A stretch of DNA of 64,000 bases from the human T2T-CHM13v2.0 reference genome, Homo sapiens, in assembly GCF_009914755.1 (NCBI RefSeq), contig NC_060940.1; one strand, 5' to 3'. Below are positions 15,720-35,326 of the stretch, in pieces. Within the stretch, counting starts at the first letter, position 1; every line of letters starts with the position of its first letter. The notes under the pieces are model-generated. The model searched no databases, had not been told where the DNA came from, and was given only the letters and a program-made list of their open reading frames with translations. The position numbers were made by a program, and so were the translations under genes.

Positions 15720-16270
15720 GGACCAACCCTAGAGAAACCTGTGCCCATGAGCTCAACATTCATGTCCTAGAATGTTCATAGGAACATTGTTAAAGACAGC
15801 CCTAAAATGGAAACAGCCTAAATGTGCCTCTGCTCTAGACCTGATAAATGCATTGCATACTCACAGGATAAAACACTATACAGCAGTGAGAATAAAGGTA
15901 GTAGAGCTACATGCATTTATGAGAGTGAAACTAAATACATAATACGGAGCAGAAGAAGCAAAAATAGAAAGAATATATACAGTATAATTAAATTTATACA
16001 GGGTTCAATAATAGTCAAAATGATACTCTATTGTTAAGGGGCACAGCTGTAGGTTGTAAAATTAAAAAGGAAGTCAAGAAAAAGTTATCTCAAAAGCCTG
16101 AGGGGAGGTAGAGAGTTATGATGGGGAATGACCCTGGGGCTCCTTGGCATATTGAGAATGCTCTGTTCATGACCTAGGTAGCAGGTGCCCGGATATTTGC
16201 TTACTATTTAGTAAGTAGTATATTTACATTTTTGCTCTTTTCTTCTGTATTGATATTTCATAATAAAGTA
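15720..16270 (+). mobile_element. Old L1ME-like fragment
   Basis: Degenerate agaatgttcatagg...tggaaacagcctaaatgt motifs. Confidence 0.5.
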
Positions 16271-16305
16271 TTTTTAAAGTTAGAAAAAGCCTTTGATCAT
16301 AATAA

Positions 16306-16672
<367 letters not shown>

Positions 16673-17054
16673 TAATATGTTTAAATCTTGCTCAAAATTA
16701 TGTATCACATTTGTTTATCATTAGTGACTTATTTTGCTGCTACATGTTCTCTCTTAAGAAGATTTGTTCAAAACACGCACACACCCCCCCCCCACACACA
16801 CACCCCAAGCAGAACCGTGGGCTCCCTAAAATGACCCACGCACAAAGAAGTCTAGACATCCCCTGAGGGCAGCTCTGTGAATTCCAGGCACGGTGTCTAG
16901 GAACCTCTCAAAGATTAGTCCTAGAAGTTTGAGTTTCCAGAGATGATAGATGTCAAGGCTACCAAAAAAAAAAAAAAAAAAAAGTTTATGTTTGTCCACT
17001 GTCCTCCCAGGAGGAAGGGCAAAATTACCCCCACCTGATAACTGCTGTTCTAGA

Positions 17055-17696
17055 ACAATGCTGTTTACTTGAAGTAAAATGTAAGCCACATACGTAATTT
17101 TTAATTTTCTAGGGGCTATATTGAAAAAAGTAAAAAGAAACAGGTGAAATTAACTTTATTTTTATTTCTTTATTTATTTGAGATGGAGTCTCACTTTGTT
17201 GCCCAGGCTGGAGTGCAGTGGCACGATCTTGGCCCACTGCAACCTCCACGTCCTGGGTTCAAGCAATTCTTCTGCCAGCCTCAGCCTTTTGAGTAGATGG
17301 GACTACAGGCGCCCACCACCATGCCTGGCTAGTTTTTGTATTTTTAGTAGAGATGAGGTTTCATCATGTTGGCGAGGCTGGTCTCAAACTCCTGACCTCA
17401 AGTGATCCTCCTGCCTGGGCCTCCCAAAGTGTTGGGATTACAGGCGTGAGCCACCGCTCCCAGCTGAAATTAACTTTAATAACATATTTTACTTGACTCA
17501 GTACTATCCAACATATTATCTTTTCAATATGTAATCAATCTTAAAACATTGGCAGGCTTTGCCATTCTTTTTCCAGTAATAGGCCTTTGAAATGCTGTGT
17601 GTTTCTCACACTGACAGCACATTTCAACTTAGACCAGCCACTTCTCAAGTTCTCAGTGGCTCATGGGACTCATGGGTACCATCTTGGGCAGTTGAG
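17055..17696. mobile_element. MER33-like hAT MITE split by an Alu
   Basis: aaaagtaaaaagaaacaggtgaaattaa...cagcacatttcaacttagaccagccac; flanked on both sides by gttctagaac. Confidence 0.7.
17155..17465 (-). mobile_element. Alu
   Basis: Reverse Alu; TSD tgaaattaacttta. Confidence 0.9.
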
Positions 17697-18114
17697 TTCT
17701 AGAACATAAGCTCTGTGAGAATAGGATTTTTTGCCTTTTTTTTTCATTGCTGTATTTTTAGTGTCCAGTACAGTGCATAGTACATAGCAGACTCCCTGAT
17801 GGATACTTTAAAAATAAATGATTTAATGAATATCTAATTCTATTCCTAAGAGAGAAGAACATTCTTATATGGAGTGGGGCACTTTAAAAGCATTAAGGGA
17901 AAAACAAAGTGAGTCAGAAAAATAATCCCATCTGGTGAATATTACACAAGATGAAATGCACAAAAGCACCTCTAAATAGTCCAGTTTGCTGCCAGGTGGA
18001 TGAAGTGTGTGGGGAGGAGCACTTTTCAATAAATTGCTGAGTTGTTCTCCTTCAAATGCCTTCCTCTGTCACACTCCCGCCACAAAATGTGGTTTCGATA
18101 TCCACATCATTGTG

Positions 18115-18420
18115 TTTTGTTTGTTTGTTTGCTTTTTGGGATAGGCTCTTCCTCTCTCGCCCAGGCTGGAGTAGAGTGGCGTGATCACGGTTCACTGCAA
18201 CCTCCGCCTCCTGGGTTCAAGCCATCCTCCCACCTTAGTCTTTCAAGTAGCTGGGACTACAGGCATGAGCCACCACACCTGATGAAGTTTTGTATTTTTT
18301 GTAGAGACGGGGTTTTGCCATATTTCCCAGGCTGGTCTCAAACTCCTGGACTCGAGCAGTCCTCCTGCCTTGTCCTCCCAAAGTGCTGGGATTACAGGCA
18401 TGAGCCACTGCACCTGGCCC
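18115..18420 (-). mobile_element. AluJ
   Basis: Reverse Alu consensus. Confidence 0.88.
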
Positions 18421-18442
18421 ATTGTGATCTTTATTGCAACAC

Positions 18443-18742
<300 letters not shown>

Positions 18743-19234
18743 TCAACACTCTTTTAATGCTCCAGATACTGTTTTAAGAACCACAGATTTCTGCTAGTTG
18801 TCTGGTCTAAAAAAAAACTGGCTTGCTCTACCTGCACTTGAGATTCAATTTTTTAATTGGCAAGCATCATGATCTCCTGTGTATACATAGACAGTTAAGT
18901 GTGTTATTAAAATGAGATGATGTTTTGCCCTTTACATATGACATGCTGATACAAGCAAACTGGTGACAAAAGACACAACCAGGACCTTCTGTCAGCAACT
19001 TTTCCCACATCTTCTCTCAATATCTTGACGTACTTTTAAAATTAGGCTCCACGTCCTTTTGGGTCTTGCCTCAGTTTTTTTTTTTCCAGCAGTAGGAGCG
19101 TTACCATTCTGGGCAAACTAGTTGTTCAGGAAGACACTGGACTCATTTCATGAACTTTTCTTCTTCCTCGCGCTTCTAGCGTTGATATAAATAAGCACTT
19201 ATAGAAGGACTCGATTTCTCTTTTTTTCAGTTCA

Positions 19235-19717
<483 letters not shown>

Positions 19718-20165
19718 TCACGCTAACCTGATGTCTCTCTGTAGGATAAGCAGACACAATTTTCCGAAGCTCCTTCTAATGCCAGCCTTTTTGCTCTCTG
19801 TTAAGTGGTGGCAATCTAGGCTTGCATTCTCTGGCTAACATGGTTTGCAGAAGACTAACCCTCAGCTGAACCAAAGGTACCCAGCCACTCATCCTGGTCT
19901 GGCATTTTTACTTCTGCCTAGACAGAAGAGGTGAGACTTGAACTCTCCAGTGTGGACAAATCAGTCGTTTTGAGACTTTCTGAGTCAGTTTAGGATAAAT
20001 GCATCCCTGGGGCTTACCACAACCACTCTTGTTCACTGCCAGAGAAAAAAGGGCTCCTACCACCTTAAAATTAGACACTCACACAGGCGCGTATTCACAG
20101 GCTTGGCTATCTTAGCACTGAACTGCAAAACAGACATACACGACATTTCCTCTCTACGGGTAAGA

Positions 20166-20440
20166 CTTCCTTCCTTCCTTCCTTCCTTCCTTCCTTCCTT
20201 CCTTCCTTCCTTCCTCCCTCCCTTCCTCCCTTCCTTCTTCTCTCCCTCCTTCCCTCCCTCCCTCCCTTCCTCCTTCTCTCCCTCCATTCCTCCCTCTTTT
20301 CCTCCCTTCCTCCCTGTCTTCCTCCCTTCCTCCATCTCTTCCTCTCTTCCTCCCTTCCTCCCTCTCTTCCTCCTTTCCTCCCTCTCTTCCTCCCTTCCTC
20401 CCTCCCTCCCTTCCTTTTTTTCTTTCTTTCTTCCCTTTTT
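20166..20440. repeat. (CTTC)n / CT-rich tract grown from an Alu tail
   Basis: About 12 perfect CTTC units, then degenerate C/T. Confidence 0.9.
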
Positions 20441-20838
20441 TGAGAAGGAGTCTCACTTTGTTGCTCAGGCTGGAGCGCAGTGGTGCAATCTTGGCTCACT
20501 GCAACCTCCGCCTCCCAGGTTTAAGCGATTCTCCTGCCTTAGCCTGCCAAGTAGCTGAGACTACAGGCACCCACAACCACACCTGGCTAATTTTTGTATT
20601 TTTAGTAGAGACGGGGTTTCACCATATTGGCCAGGCTGGTTTCGAACTCCTGACCTCAGGTGATCTGCCTGCCTTGGCCTCCCAAAGTGCTGGGATTACA
20701 GGTGTGAGCCACTGTGCCCAGTCAGTTTTTCGTAATTTTGGTAGAGATGGGGTTTCACCCTCTTGGCCAGGCTCTGGTCTCGAACTCCTGGCCTCAGATG
20801 ATCCACCTGCCTCGGCCTCCCAAAATGCTGGGATTACA
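20415..20838 (-). mobile_element. AluS plus an adjacent partial Alu monomer (20730-20838)
   Basis: Reverse Alu consensus followed by a second left-arm fragment. Confidence 0.88.
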
Positions 20839-21616
20839 GAGAGGTACTTTCTTGCTGACCCTGGAGACCCACCAGAATCTGGTCCTCCCAATGCGATGAT
20901 CAGCAGAATCACTTATAGGGCTTTTAAAAAAGAGCATTCTGGTTCTAGTGAACATGATGTTCTCTTGTCTACTTGGCATCTGTTTAAAAACAGTTCTCCC
21001 TTCTTCTGCTGGCAACAGGATACTTATTTCTTGGGGAAACTCATTTTGTCTGATTTAGGTGGAGTCGGTACCGATATCTCTACCACAGCCATGTACACAT
21101 GGCTCAGGTCTTACCTATCAGAGAGCTATATTCTTCTGCCTACTGATTGGCTCAAAGATGGGCATGTGACCCAAGCTGGACCAATCATATATCTCTCAGA
21201 GACTTCTGCTGAAACTACCAGGAAAAAGATATGTCCAATCTTTGAAGATAATGAATGTAAAGACAAGGCAATAATGGAGCTGCTGTGGACAATTATTTCA
21301 TCATGTCCAGAGCCCATGAATGGAGTCAACTGGGCTTATCATGATAAGAGAGCCAGGAGAGGGAGGGGAGAGATGGAATCCTGAAGGCAGCATTTGAGTC
21401 CCTGAATCTAGCCAGGTCTACCTTGAGCCTTCAGTTTTGTGAACTAGTAAGTCCTCCTTCCTTTTTTATTTTTTCTTTTTTTAGCTTAAGTTAATTTCAT
21501 TTGAATTTCTGTCATCTTAGAACAAAACAGTTTGTATTAACACACTATTCTCATGAACACCCTGGGTCACTGGATCAGATATGATGACTTTTAAACTTTA
21601 GAATACATACAATTTA

Positions 21617-22018
<402 letters not shown>

Positions 22019-22234
22019 TCATTTAGCAAGCATTCCAGATGATTCTGTTGTAAGATCACACTTTGAAAATCACAGAATTAGAGCATCCTCCTAGGCCACA
22101 ACTTCATAATGAAGAAAGGTGGCTAATTGTTGTGTGCCTTCTATGAGCCACACCCCTTGGCTATGTTATCTACTTACCTCATTTAATCCCCAGAACAAGA
22201 GGTCCCCAAAAAGAATTAGATATCTCCTTTTAGA

Positions 22235-22695
<461 letters not shown>

Positions 22696-23129
22696 ATATC
22701 TCCCTTTAGATTTGCACAATGATTTTAGATCAAAGTACAGCAGCAATTCTATTCTTAACATGGACAGAAAGAGGCAAGAAATAAAAGAATCCACCACGTC
22801 TTCATTGATTTTTCATTTCCAGATGTTAATAATTCCAAGGGTAAATGTAGCTAGGAGAACTTAATTAATTTCTTAAATAAAACCTACTTGTCTTATACAT
22901 GTGAGCAAGAGAAGGTAATGTATGTTTCAGTAAAAAGAATCATTAGTAGGTTACAGAGTCTGAGTAGTAAATACTATAGTTCAAGTTGTGAGAAACTGTC
23001 ATTACATCACCCTGATTGGAATCATCCTGTTTTGTGAAAATGTGGAGCTAGACCTTTCCACAGCTGGTCTTGGATCAACAGTCTTTGTGCTTTTTGTTTC
23101 TGGTTTCAGTTTATGAGAATAATTGCCTG

Positions 23130-23752
<623 letters not shown>

Positions 23753-23815
23753 CACAGTTGATTTATTAAGGCAGCATTTATCGGAGAAATCCATAAGGGA
23801 AAGACAAGAAGCCAA

Positions 23816-24190
23816 GTGTCTTAGTTTGCATTGCTATAAAGGAATACCCAAGGCTGGATAATTTATAAAGAAAACAAGTTTATTTGGCTCATGGTTCTGC
23901 AGGCTGTACAAGAAGCACGGTGCCAGCATCTGCTTCTGAAGAGGGCTTCAGGGAGCTTCTTCTCATGGGGAAAAGTGAAGGGGAGCAGGCATCACATGGT
24001 GACAGGAAGGAGGGAAGAGAGAGAGGAGGCAGGTGCCGGGCTCTTTTAACAATCAGATCTTGCAGGAACTAACAGAGCAAGAAGTCACTCCTTACTGTGA
24101 AGATGGCATCAAGCCATTTATGAGCAATCTGCCCCCATGACCCAAACACCCCCCATCAGGCCCCATCTCCAACTCTGGGGATCACATTTC
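23816..24190 (-). mobile_element. MSTA/MSTB MaLR LTR
   Basis: ttgctataaaggaatacc...ggttctgcaggctgtacaagaagca...cccccatgacccaaacacc. Confidence 0.85.
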
Positions 24191-24809
<619 letters not shown>

Positions 24810-24814
24810 AAACC

Positions 24815-25292
24815 TTACCAGATGTATGGTTTGCAAATATTTTCTCTCATTTTGTAGATTTTCTCTTTATTCTGTTAATTATTTCCTTAGCTGTGCAGAA
24901 GCTTCCTAGTTTGATGTAATTTCATTTGTCTACTTTTACTTTTGTTGCCTGTGCTTTTGGATTTATCTCCAAAGGACCATTACCCAGACCAATGTCATGG
25001 AGTTTTCCCCTATGTTTTCTTCCAGTGGATATAAAATTTTAAGTCTTCCTTTCAAGTCTTTAATCCATTTTGAGTTGATTTTAGTATATGGTATTAAATA
25101 AGAGTCTAATTCATTCTTCTGCTTGCAAATATCCCATTTCCCCAACAGCATTTGTTGAAAAGACTGTTCTTTCCCTCATTGTGTGTTCTTGGCACCTTTG
25201 TCAGAAAACAATTGACTGTGTAAAAACATGGAACCAACTCAAATGACCATCAATCAACAAGTGGATAAAGAAACTGTGGTGTGTGTGTGTGT

Positions 25293-25341
<49 letters not shown>

Positions 25342-26565
25342 CTTTGGGGACTCAGGGGGAAAGGGTGGGAAGGGTGGGAAGGGGGTGAGGGATAAAAGAC
25401 CACAAATTGGGTTCAGTGTATACTACTTGGGTGATAGGTGGACCAAAATCTCACAAATCATCACAAAAGAACTTACTCATGTAACCAAAAGCCACCTGTT
25501 CCTCAATAACCTACAGAAATAAAAAATAAAAAAATCGGTTGGCTGTAAATTTGTGAATTTATTTCTGGGCTCTCTATTCTGTTTCATTGATCTATGTGTC
25601 TGTTTTTATCCTAGTACTATGATGGGTTTTTTTAAAAATCCATGCTGTTTGATTACTATAACTTTGTAGTATATTTTGAAGTCAGGTAGTGCGATGCCTC
25701 CAGTTTTGTTCCTTTTGCTCAAGCTTGGTTTGGCTATTCAGGATCTTTTGTAGTTCCATACAAATTTTAGAATTGTTTTTTCTATCTCTGTGAAAAATAT
25801 CACTGATATTTTGATAGAGATTGCACTGAATCTGCAGATCACTTTGTGTAGTATAGACATTTCAACAACATTAATTATTCCAATCCATGCACATAGGGCA
25901 TCTTTCCATTTATTTGTGCCTTCCTTAATTTGTTTCATCAATGTTTTATATTGTTCAGCATATAACAGGCCTTTTTTCTCTTTGGTTAAATTTATCCCTA
26001 AGTATGACATTTTATTTTTTATAGCTATCATAAATGGTATTGTTTTCTTGATTTCTTTTTTGTACAGTTTATTGTTAGTATATGGAAGTGCTATTTATTT
26101 TTGTATGTTGGTTTTATATCCTGCAACTTTACTATATTTATTAGTTACATCAGTTTTTTTTTTTTTTGGTGGCGTCTTTAAAGGTTTCTATGTATAAGGT
26201 CATCTTGTCCACAAACAAGGACAGTTTAAATTCTTCTTAAATTTAGGTGTCATTTATTTATTTCCCTTGCCTAATTGCTATGGCTAGGACTTAAAGGACT
26301 ATGCTGATTAGAAGTAGTGACAGTGGCCATCCTTGTTTTGTTCCTGATGTTGGAAGAATATCTTTCAGCTTTTAACCATTGATGTGAAAATTTTCACCAG
26401 TGATGTTAGCTATGGGTTGTCATATATGGCCTTTTTTGTCTTGAGGTACATTTATTCTCTACCTAATATGTTGAGGACTTTCTATCATGAAAGGATGTTG
26501 AATTTTGTAAAGTACTTTTTCTGCATCTGTTAAGACAATCCTATGGGTTTTGTCCTTTGTTTTGT
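24815..26565 (-). mobile_element. L1M ORF2 fragment, interrupted at ~25222-25535
   Basis: Minus frames read LDSYLIPYTKINSKWIKDL and YLGINLTKE...FSAISIKISVIFFTEIEKTILKFVWN (L1 ORF2 motifs). Confidence 0.88.
25222..25535 (+). mobile_element. L1PB 3' end, internally deleted at an (AT)19 tract
   Basis: ccatcaatcaacaagtggataaagaaactgtgg...ttggggactcagggg...aacttactcatgtaaccaaa. Confidence 0.75.
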
Positions 26566-27879
26566 TAACAAGCTCAGTAATTTTAAAGTGCATAATTTAT
26601 TGGCTTGTAGCACATTCACAGTGGAGCACAACCAACATCACTATCTCATTCCAAAACTTTAAAAATCCCACCCCAAAAGCCAGTCATTCATTCATCTTTA
26701 GCCGCCTTAGCGTAGTGATGCATGAGCATTCAGTGTTTATTAGGTGCCTCGAGGAGGAACAACATCCGTTTTCAATAAAACAAGTGTCCAGCATTGAGAG
26801 CAGACGTCTGGTAATCATTCTCTGTGTTGCAGCGTTTCTAAGACTTCAGGTGTCCCTTTCAGCACTCGGAGACTTGCCAAATGCCACTCTTTTAAAAAAA
26901 TCCCTATTGGCCTGGATAATTTAAAACTGAGTTGGCATCGTGGTAAAAGACAATGTGATTCACTGTTACAGTCTAATCTCACCCTTCTAACTGATTCTTT
27001 CACTAAATTCCACCATGTAGCCCATTGTTCATCTACATGAACCATCAACATTCCTTAGCTTCATAGCTTTATTCAAAATGTTCTCTCTTCCTAGAACACC
27101 CTTCCCTGGGACATTCTACTCATTTTTCAAGCCCATCGTCAGGGTCACTTCCTCTATGAAATCTTCCCTAATGTTGATCTCTTCTTCCCACGTAACACCC
27201 ATCATGCATTGTCTAAACCTCTTTTCTCAGATGATATGCTGTGTTATCAGAATGACTTCCCTGTTTCTGTCTTTCTCTATCTGAATGTGAGCTTCCTGAT
27301 GGCAGGGACAGTCTTGTTCATCTTTCAACTTTCCCATAGCGCAATAAGTATTTCCTGAATTGAATTGAATCATAGAATGTGTTAAAATGAATTTTGATAA
27401 TATTTAATTAAAATAGCTCCAGTAGTCTCAGGGGAAAAAATTTGATTAGTATTTCTAGAAAAATATACGTGTCTTAGGGCTTTTTTGGGTGAAAGAAATG
27501 AAAATCTATTCAAATCATCTTAGGTATAAATTGGTTTCTTAAGAAAGATAAAAATCTCAAAAAATCCAAAGCCAAGCTGGAGATCTGGTTCTTTAAAAGG
27601 AAAGGAGCTGAGATCATCCCAGGAATTGGCAGCAGTAGGAGCCCATGGACCTTCCCTCGAGTTATTATTTTTTCTTTCAGCTAATATTCATTGTGCACCT
27701 ACCATGTGCCAGCAATGGTGGCAGGCACTGGGCATACAGCAGTCACGCAAGGATACTACAATCTCTGCTCTCATATGACTTTCATTCTGGTTCCTAATGT
27801 TCATGTAAATTGATTCTTCACCTCCGTGCTCCCTCAGACTCAGTCTTTCCTACTTCAAGTTCCTGAGGGCAATCTTTTT

Positions 27880-28563
27880 TGTTTATTTATTTTTAATTTT
27901 TTATTTCCATAGGTTTTTGGGGAACAGGTAGTATTTGGCTACATGAGTAACCAAATCTCACTTTAGTGGTGATTTGTGAGATTTTGGTGCACCCATCAAC
28001 TGAGTAGTATGCAGTAAACCCAATTTATAGTCTTTTTTTTTTTTTTAAGATGGAGCTTTGCTCTTATTGCCCAGGCTGCGTTGCAGTGCAGTGGTGCGAT
28101 CTTGTCTCACTGCAACTTCCGCCTCCTGGGTTCAAGCGATTCTCCCTGCCTAAGCTTCCCGAGTAGCTGGGATTACAGGTGCCTGCCACCATGCCTGGCT
28201 AATTTTTGTATTTTTAGTAGAGACGAGGTTTTGTCATGTTGGCCAGGCTGGTCTCAAACTCCTGACCTCAGGTGATCTGCCTGCCTCGGCCTCCCAAAGT
28301 GTTGGGATTACAGGCGTGAGCCACCACACCTGGCCAATTGGTAGTCTTTTATCCTTCATCCCCTTCCCGTCCTTTCCTCCTGAGTCCCCAGAGTCCATTG
28401 TGTCATTCTTATGCCTTTGTAACCTCATAGCTTAGCTCCCATGTATGAGTGGGAACATATGATATTTGGTTTTCCATTGCTGAGTTACTTCACTTAGAAT
28501 AATCCAGTTCCATCCAGATTGCTGTGAATGCCATTAACTCATTCCTTTTATGTCTGCATACTA

Positions 28564-28616
<53 letters not shown>

Positions 28617-29008
28617 CAGTTTCTTTTTGTTTTATTTTAAGTTCTGGGATACATATGCAGGATGTGCAGGTTTGTTACATAGGTAAATGTGTGCCATGGT
28701 GGTTTGCTGCACCTATCAACCCATTACCTACGTATTAAGCCCAGCATGCATTAGCTATTCTTCTTAATGCTCTCCCCACCCCTAACCCCGCTTCCTTCCC
28801 TTGATCCCCCAGTGTGTGTTGTTCATATACCACAGTTTCATTATCCACTAGTTGATTTATGGGCATTTGGGCTGGTTCCATATTTTTGCAATTGCAAATT
28901 GTGCTGCTATAAACATGCGTGTGCAAGTATCTTTTTTGAATAACGACTTCTTGTCCTCTGGGCAGATAGCCAGTAGTGGGATTACTGGATCAAATGGTAG
29001 TTCTACCT
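27880..29008 (-). mobile_element. L1PB 3' region with nested Alu, (AT)20 tract and L1PA 3' end (~28625-28820)
   Basis: ttccataggtttttggggaacagg...; minus frame VELPFDPVIPLL...TCTRMFIAAQFAIAKIWNQPKCP. Confidence 0.85.
28033..28335 (-). mobile_element. AluS
   Basis: Reverse Alu consensus. Confidence 0.9.
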
Positions 29009-29397
29009 GAGGGGAATCTAATTGGCTGTTGGGCAGCATTGTGATCAATTGTCTCCTTCTGGGTCAGCTGTTTGTTATCTCTGGTCATGGGGGCTACAGG
29101 AGATGACAGCTGGGCGAGGGGAGGGCAAAGACTTTTCTTAGAGAGATCAAGAGCTGGGTCAAGCACTCAAGTGTGCCTCATTAAAAAATCATCTTTATTA
29201 TACATGATTTGTAAATATTTATGATTCATTTTATGTCCTATAAGGCACCAGATTCCAAAGGCGATGCTAATAAAAGAAAAGCCATTTCATATTATGATAG
29301 TAACAGCATATGCTTCTGTGGGAAGCCAGGACAATTGCTGCTTTAATTTGAAAGAAAGTTCTGCCCAAGCAATTAGCTCTGTCAGTGAATATTGTAG

Positions 29398-30228
<831 letters not shown>

Positions 30229-30451
30229 TCATTTACCCTTCGTCCATTCCTCCTTCTCTTTTTCTTTCCTTTTAAAAACTCTTTAATCAGTTTCTTTCCT
30301 TAAATCGTTAAAGCATACAGATGGTTTTAAAAAGTAGTATATAAAAGTATACAGGGAAAAGTATTTCTCCCTCCCACTCCAGTTCCTATCCTTAGAGGCT
30401 ACCACTGCTTCTAGCATATCTTTACAAAGATAGTCTATAGAGTCTAAGCAT

Positions 30452-30475
30452 GTGTGTGTGTGTGTGTGTGTGTGT
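30452..30475. repeat. (TG)n microsatellite
   Basis: About 12 TG units. Confidence 0.9.
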
Positions 30476-30732
30476 TATTATTTTTGCATTTTAAAACTAT
30501 ATCTTGAAGATCATATATATAATATATGTAACATCCTGGGGATCCGGGGCAGTCATACCTAAACTGAGTTTCAGTTTTTTAAAAATTCCTTCTTTTTTTA
30601 ACCACTGTATGGTATTCCATTACTCCGTGATATGAAAATACTGTAATTTATTTAGCCAAGTTCTCACTGATGGACATTTAGGTTGCTTTCAATCCTCTGC
30701 TATTACAAACAATGCCTTAAAGAGCACGTTTC

Positions 30733-31148
30733 ATGCCCATCAATGATAGACTGGATAAAGAAAATGTGGTACCTATACACCATGGAATACTATGCAGCCA
30801 TAAAAGGGAACGAGATCGTGTCCTTTGCAGGGACACGGATGGAGCTGGAAGCCATTATCCTCAGCAAACTAACGCAGGAACAGAAAAACAAACATTGTAT
30901 GTTCTCACTTATAATTGGGAGCTGAACAATGAGAACACATGGACACAGGGAGGGGAACAATACACACCGGGGTCCTGTAGGGGAGTGGGGTTGGGGGAGG
31001 AAGAGCATCAGGAAAAATAGCTAATTCATGCTGGGCTTAATACCTAGCTGATGGGTTGACAGGTGCAGCAAACCACCATGGCACACGTTTACCTATGTAA
31101 CAAACCATCCTACACATTTACCCCGGAACTTAAAATAAAAATAAAAAT
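30733..31148 (+). mobile_element. L1PA 3' end
   Basis: CPSMIDWIKKMWYLYTMEYYAAIK...ELEAIILSKLTQEQKNKH (ORF2 end) plus 3' UTR and A tail. Confidence 0.92.
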
Positions 31149-31708
31149 CAATTAAAAAAGCACTCTTCTACATATGTCTTTGTGTATGTGTGAGTAATCC
31201 CTGCCCCTTCTTCTGTCTTTTCCATCAAGTTAATTAATGGAATCAGGAAAGACAGAAACAAAAAGGAACATTTGGTGGTGAGGTGATAGAGGCCTGAGTA
31301 GAGAAACTGGAGACAGAGTATCTTGGTCAAGATCCTTCTAGTTGTGAGTAATAGGAATCAACCTGAACTTGAAAAATGGGAAGAAGGTAAGACGAATTTA
31401 TTGGCAGGTCCAGGAGTATCACACAGAAGCCCCAAATCTCAGGAACGAGAAAGCCATCAGTGATGTAGTCAAGTCTCTTTTTGCCTTATTTCTGCTTCTC
31501 TCTGAAATAGAACTCATCTTCTCTTTCTGCCTCCCAACTCTTTCTGCTCCTCTTTGTACATAGAGGAAGACGGTGATACCCGGTGGTACTCCAGTATGTG
31601 GATCCTCAGCACAGACTGGTTGGCTTTTCCTTAGTCTAAGATGGATGAGGAGGACCTGATTAGCCACAAAAGTGACCTGATTATTGGTTAAATAATCAGC
31701 AAACCTGA

Positions 31709-32039
<331 letters not shown>

Positions 32040-32726
32040 TCTTTACTTAACATTTTTTGATGAGGTACCATCTATTATGGGAAAACTCTGAGCTTCTTAA
32101 CAAGACATTTACATTTTTTAATCTGACCCTCTACTTGACCTTGCTGTCCAGTCTGTTCTGTTCAAATGCCCAGGCCATGCCAAACATTGAATCATTTTCT
32201 CACATACCCCAAGGATGCATGACTTGGCTGGCAGAGTATAAGGTAGATTTCAGCCCCACCTCATCCTTGGTTGGTGCCTCTCTGGAGTGCACGTCTCCAT
32301 AACATGTGAGCAGAAGTAGGAAATTAGAGCCAGAAAAGATTAGGAAAAAACCCTTGATCATGGGATGGGGGGTTAATGCTGGGTTTTCCATTATCTGGAT
32401 ATGGCGTTTGAATTATTTTTACCCAAGTTACAAAGGTCCTGGTGGTCCTGGTAATACAATGTCCATGGACAATGAAATCTGGGGTTAGCACCTGGGTTTC
32501 ACAGATACCTTCCCCATACTTTCAGATCTCCCTATTTTGCCCCTGTCCTGGCTAAGCTGGCTATGGCCTCTGAAGACACCATGACTATCAGAGTTGGCAC
32601 AGCTGATGTTGTTGATGGAGTGGATGTCCCTATGCACATTTGGAGGCCAGGAAGTCCATCACCAAGTCCTGTTGGGTCTGCTGACCTATGGGATTGGTCC
32701 TCTGTTGTAACCTTGAATTACTGACT

Positions 32727-33103
<377 letters not shown>

Positions 33104-33344
33104 TGAAGAAGCCACTCATCCTTTAAAAATGCAAATCTTGGGCAGGTCACGTCTGCTTCAGTGCTACTTCCGTGCCCTAAGGTTAAAATTCAAACCTCCT
33201 ACAAAACTCTGTTTGATCTGGACCTTGGCTACCTCTCAGCCTTAATCCCCATCTCCTCCCGACCCTCCTAGCTCATTGAGAGTTTTACCTAGCTCATGAA
33301 CAGTCATTCTTATTGGTAACTTAGTTTAATCATTATTTGCTATA

Positions 33345-34162
<818 letters not shown>

Positions 34163-35085
34163 TCTACCTTCCTGATGTCCAGGTTGTATTACATGTATTA
34201 AACTCTCTGCCTGGTTCCAACAGGATGCTATCCTCCGATCATAGCATTTATTACATATCTTATAATTGTCTCAAGGCAAGGGCTGGTTATAGACACACCA
34301 GTCCTCTATCCTTACCTGAGCACATAGGAAAACTACATGTCCCAGCTGCCTTGGTTCTTCCATTTGGCTCATGTGACTGAGTTCAAGTAATGGAATATGG
34401 TGGGAATGATATATGCCACTTCCAGGCTAGGCCAGATATTGCCCCACTTGATCCTTTCTCACCTCCATCCACATGGCTGGAAGTAAATGATTTCAGGATG
34501 ATGCTGGACTTCTACGTCATCATTTATTCTGTTAAGGCACTGAGATTTTGGGCTTGTTTATCACAGCAGATGACCTAACCTGACTAATCAATCTGTTTTC
34601 TTTATCGGATTGTAAGCTTTTTCTTATTTATTGTTGACTCCAGCCCCTAACGTAGTGTTTGGCACAAAGCGAACAACTAATAAGGGCTCGTTAAGTGAAT
34701 GAGAGGCAGTTGGATTTGGGATGAGACATGGGTGTAGGAGTGGCTGGAGTGAGACTAGACGGACTTGCAATTGTCATTGTGAGAAGTGATAAGGGCCTGA
34801 ACTAAAGCAGTGACAATGGAGACGAAAGGAAAGGAAGGATTCAATATTCACTTAGAAGGGAGAATTGACAGAACTTAGTGACTGTTGGGATATGAAAGTT
34901 GAGAAGCAGAGTGATGTCAAAGATTTCCCAGTTCATTGGCTTGGACATGTGTCTTCATACTGGTCCACCAAACTTTCAAATTTCCGAGGGTTATTCTGAA
35001 TATGTAGGCGAAAACACAGCTTATTCAGCTCTCTATGACTGTTAGTTCTTTGGTTGCAGTAGAATTCATGTGTACCAGCTTCTGA

Positions 35086-35326
35086 ATCTGCAAAGCCCCT
35101 TTTGCCAGGTAATAGGTTTCAGGTTCTAGGGATTAGGACCCGGATATCTTGGGGAGGGGGGCCATTATCCAGCCCACCACTCTACCTTCCTGACCCCCAG
35201 GTTGTATTAAATGTATTAAACTCTCCCCTGAGTCCAATAGGATGCTATTTTACAGTCATAGCTTCTATTACATGTATTACACTTGTCTCTTGAGGCAAAG
35301 GCTGGTTGTATACTCGCCAATCCTCT
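35086..35326 (+). repeat. Local direct duplication A, copy 2
   Basis: Colinear with 34066-34307. Confidence 0.9.

Noticed and set aside
20440-21384. 314-aa ORF in the intergenic region
   Set aside because: Starts at TTG in an antisense Alu and runs through Alu and other repeat remnants, with no promoter, splice or domain support. Treated as a chance open frame; ribosome profiling would be needed to reconsider.
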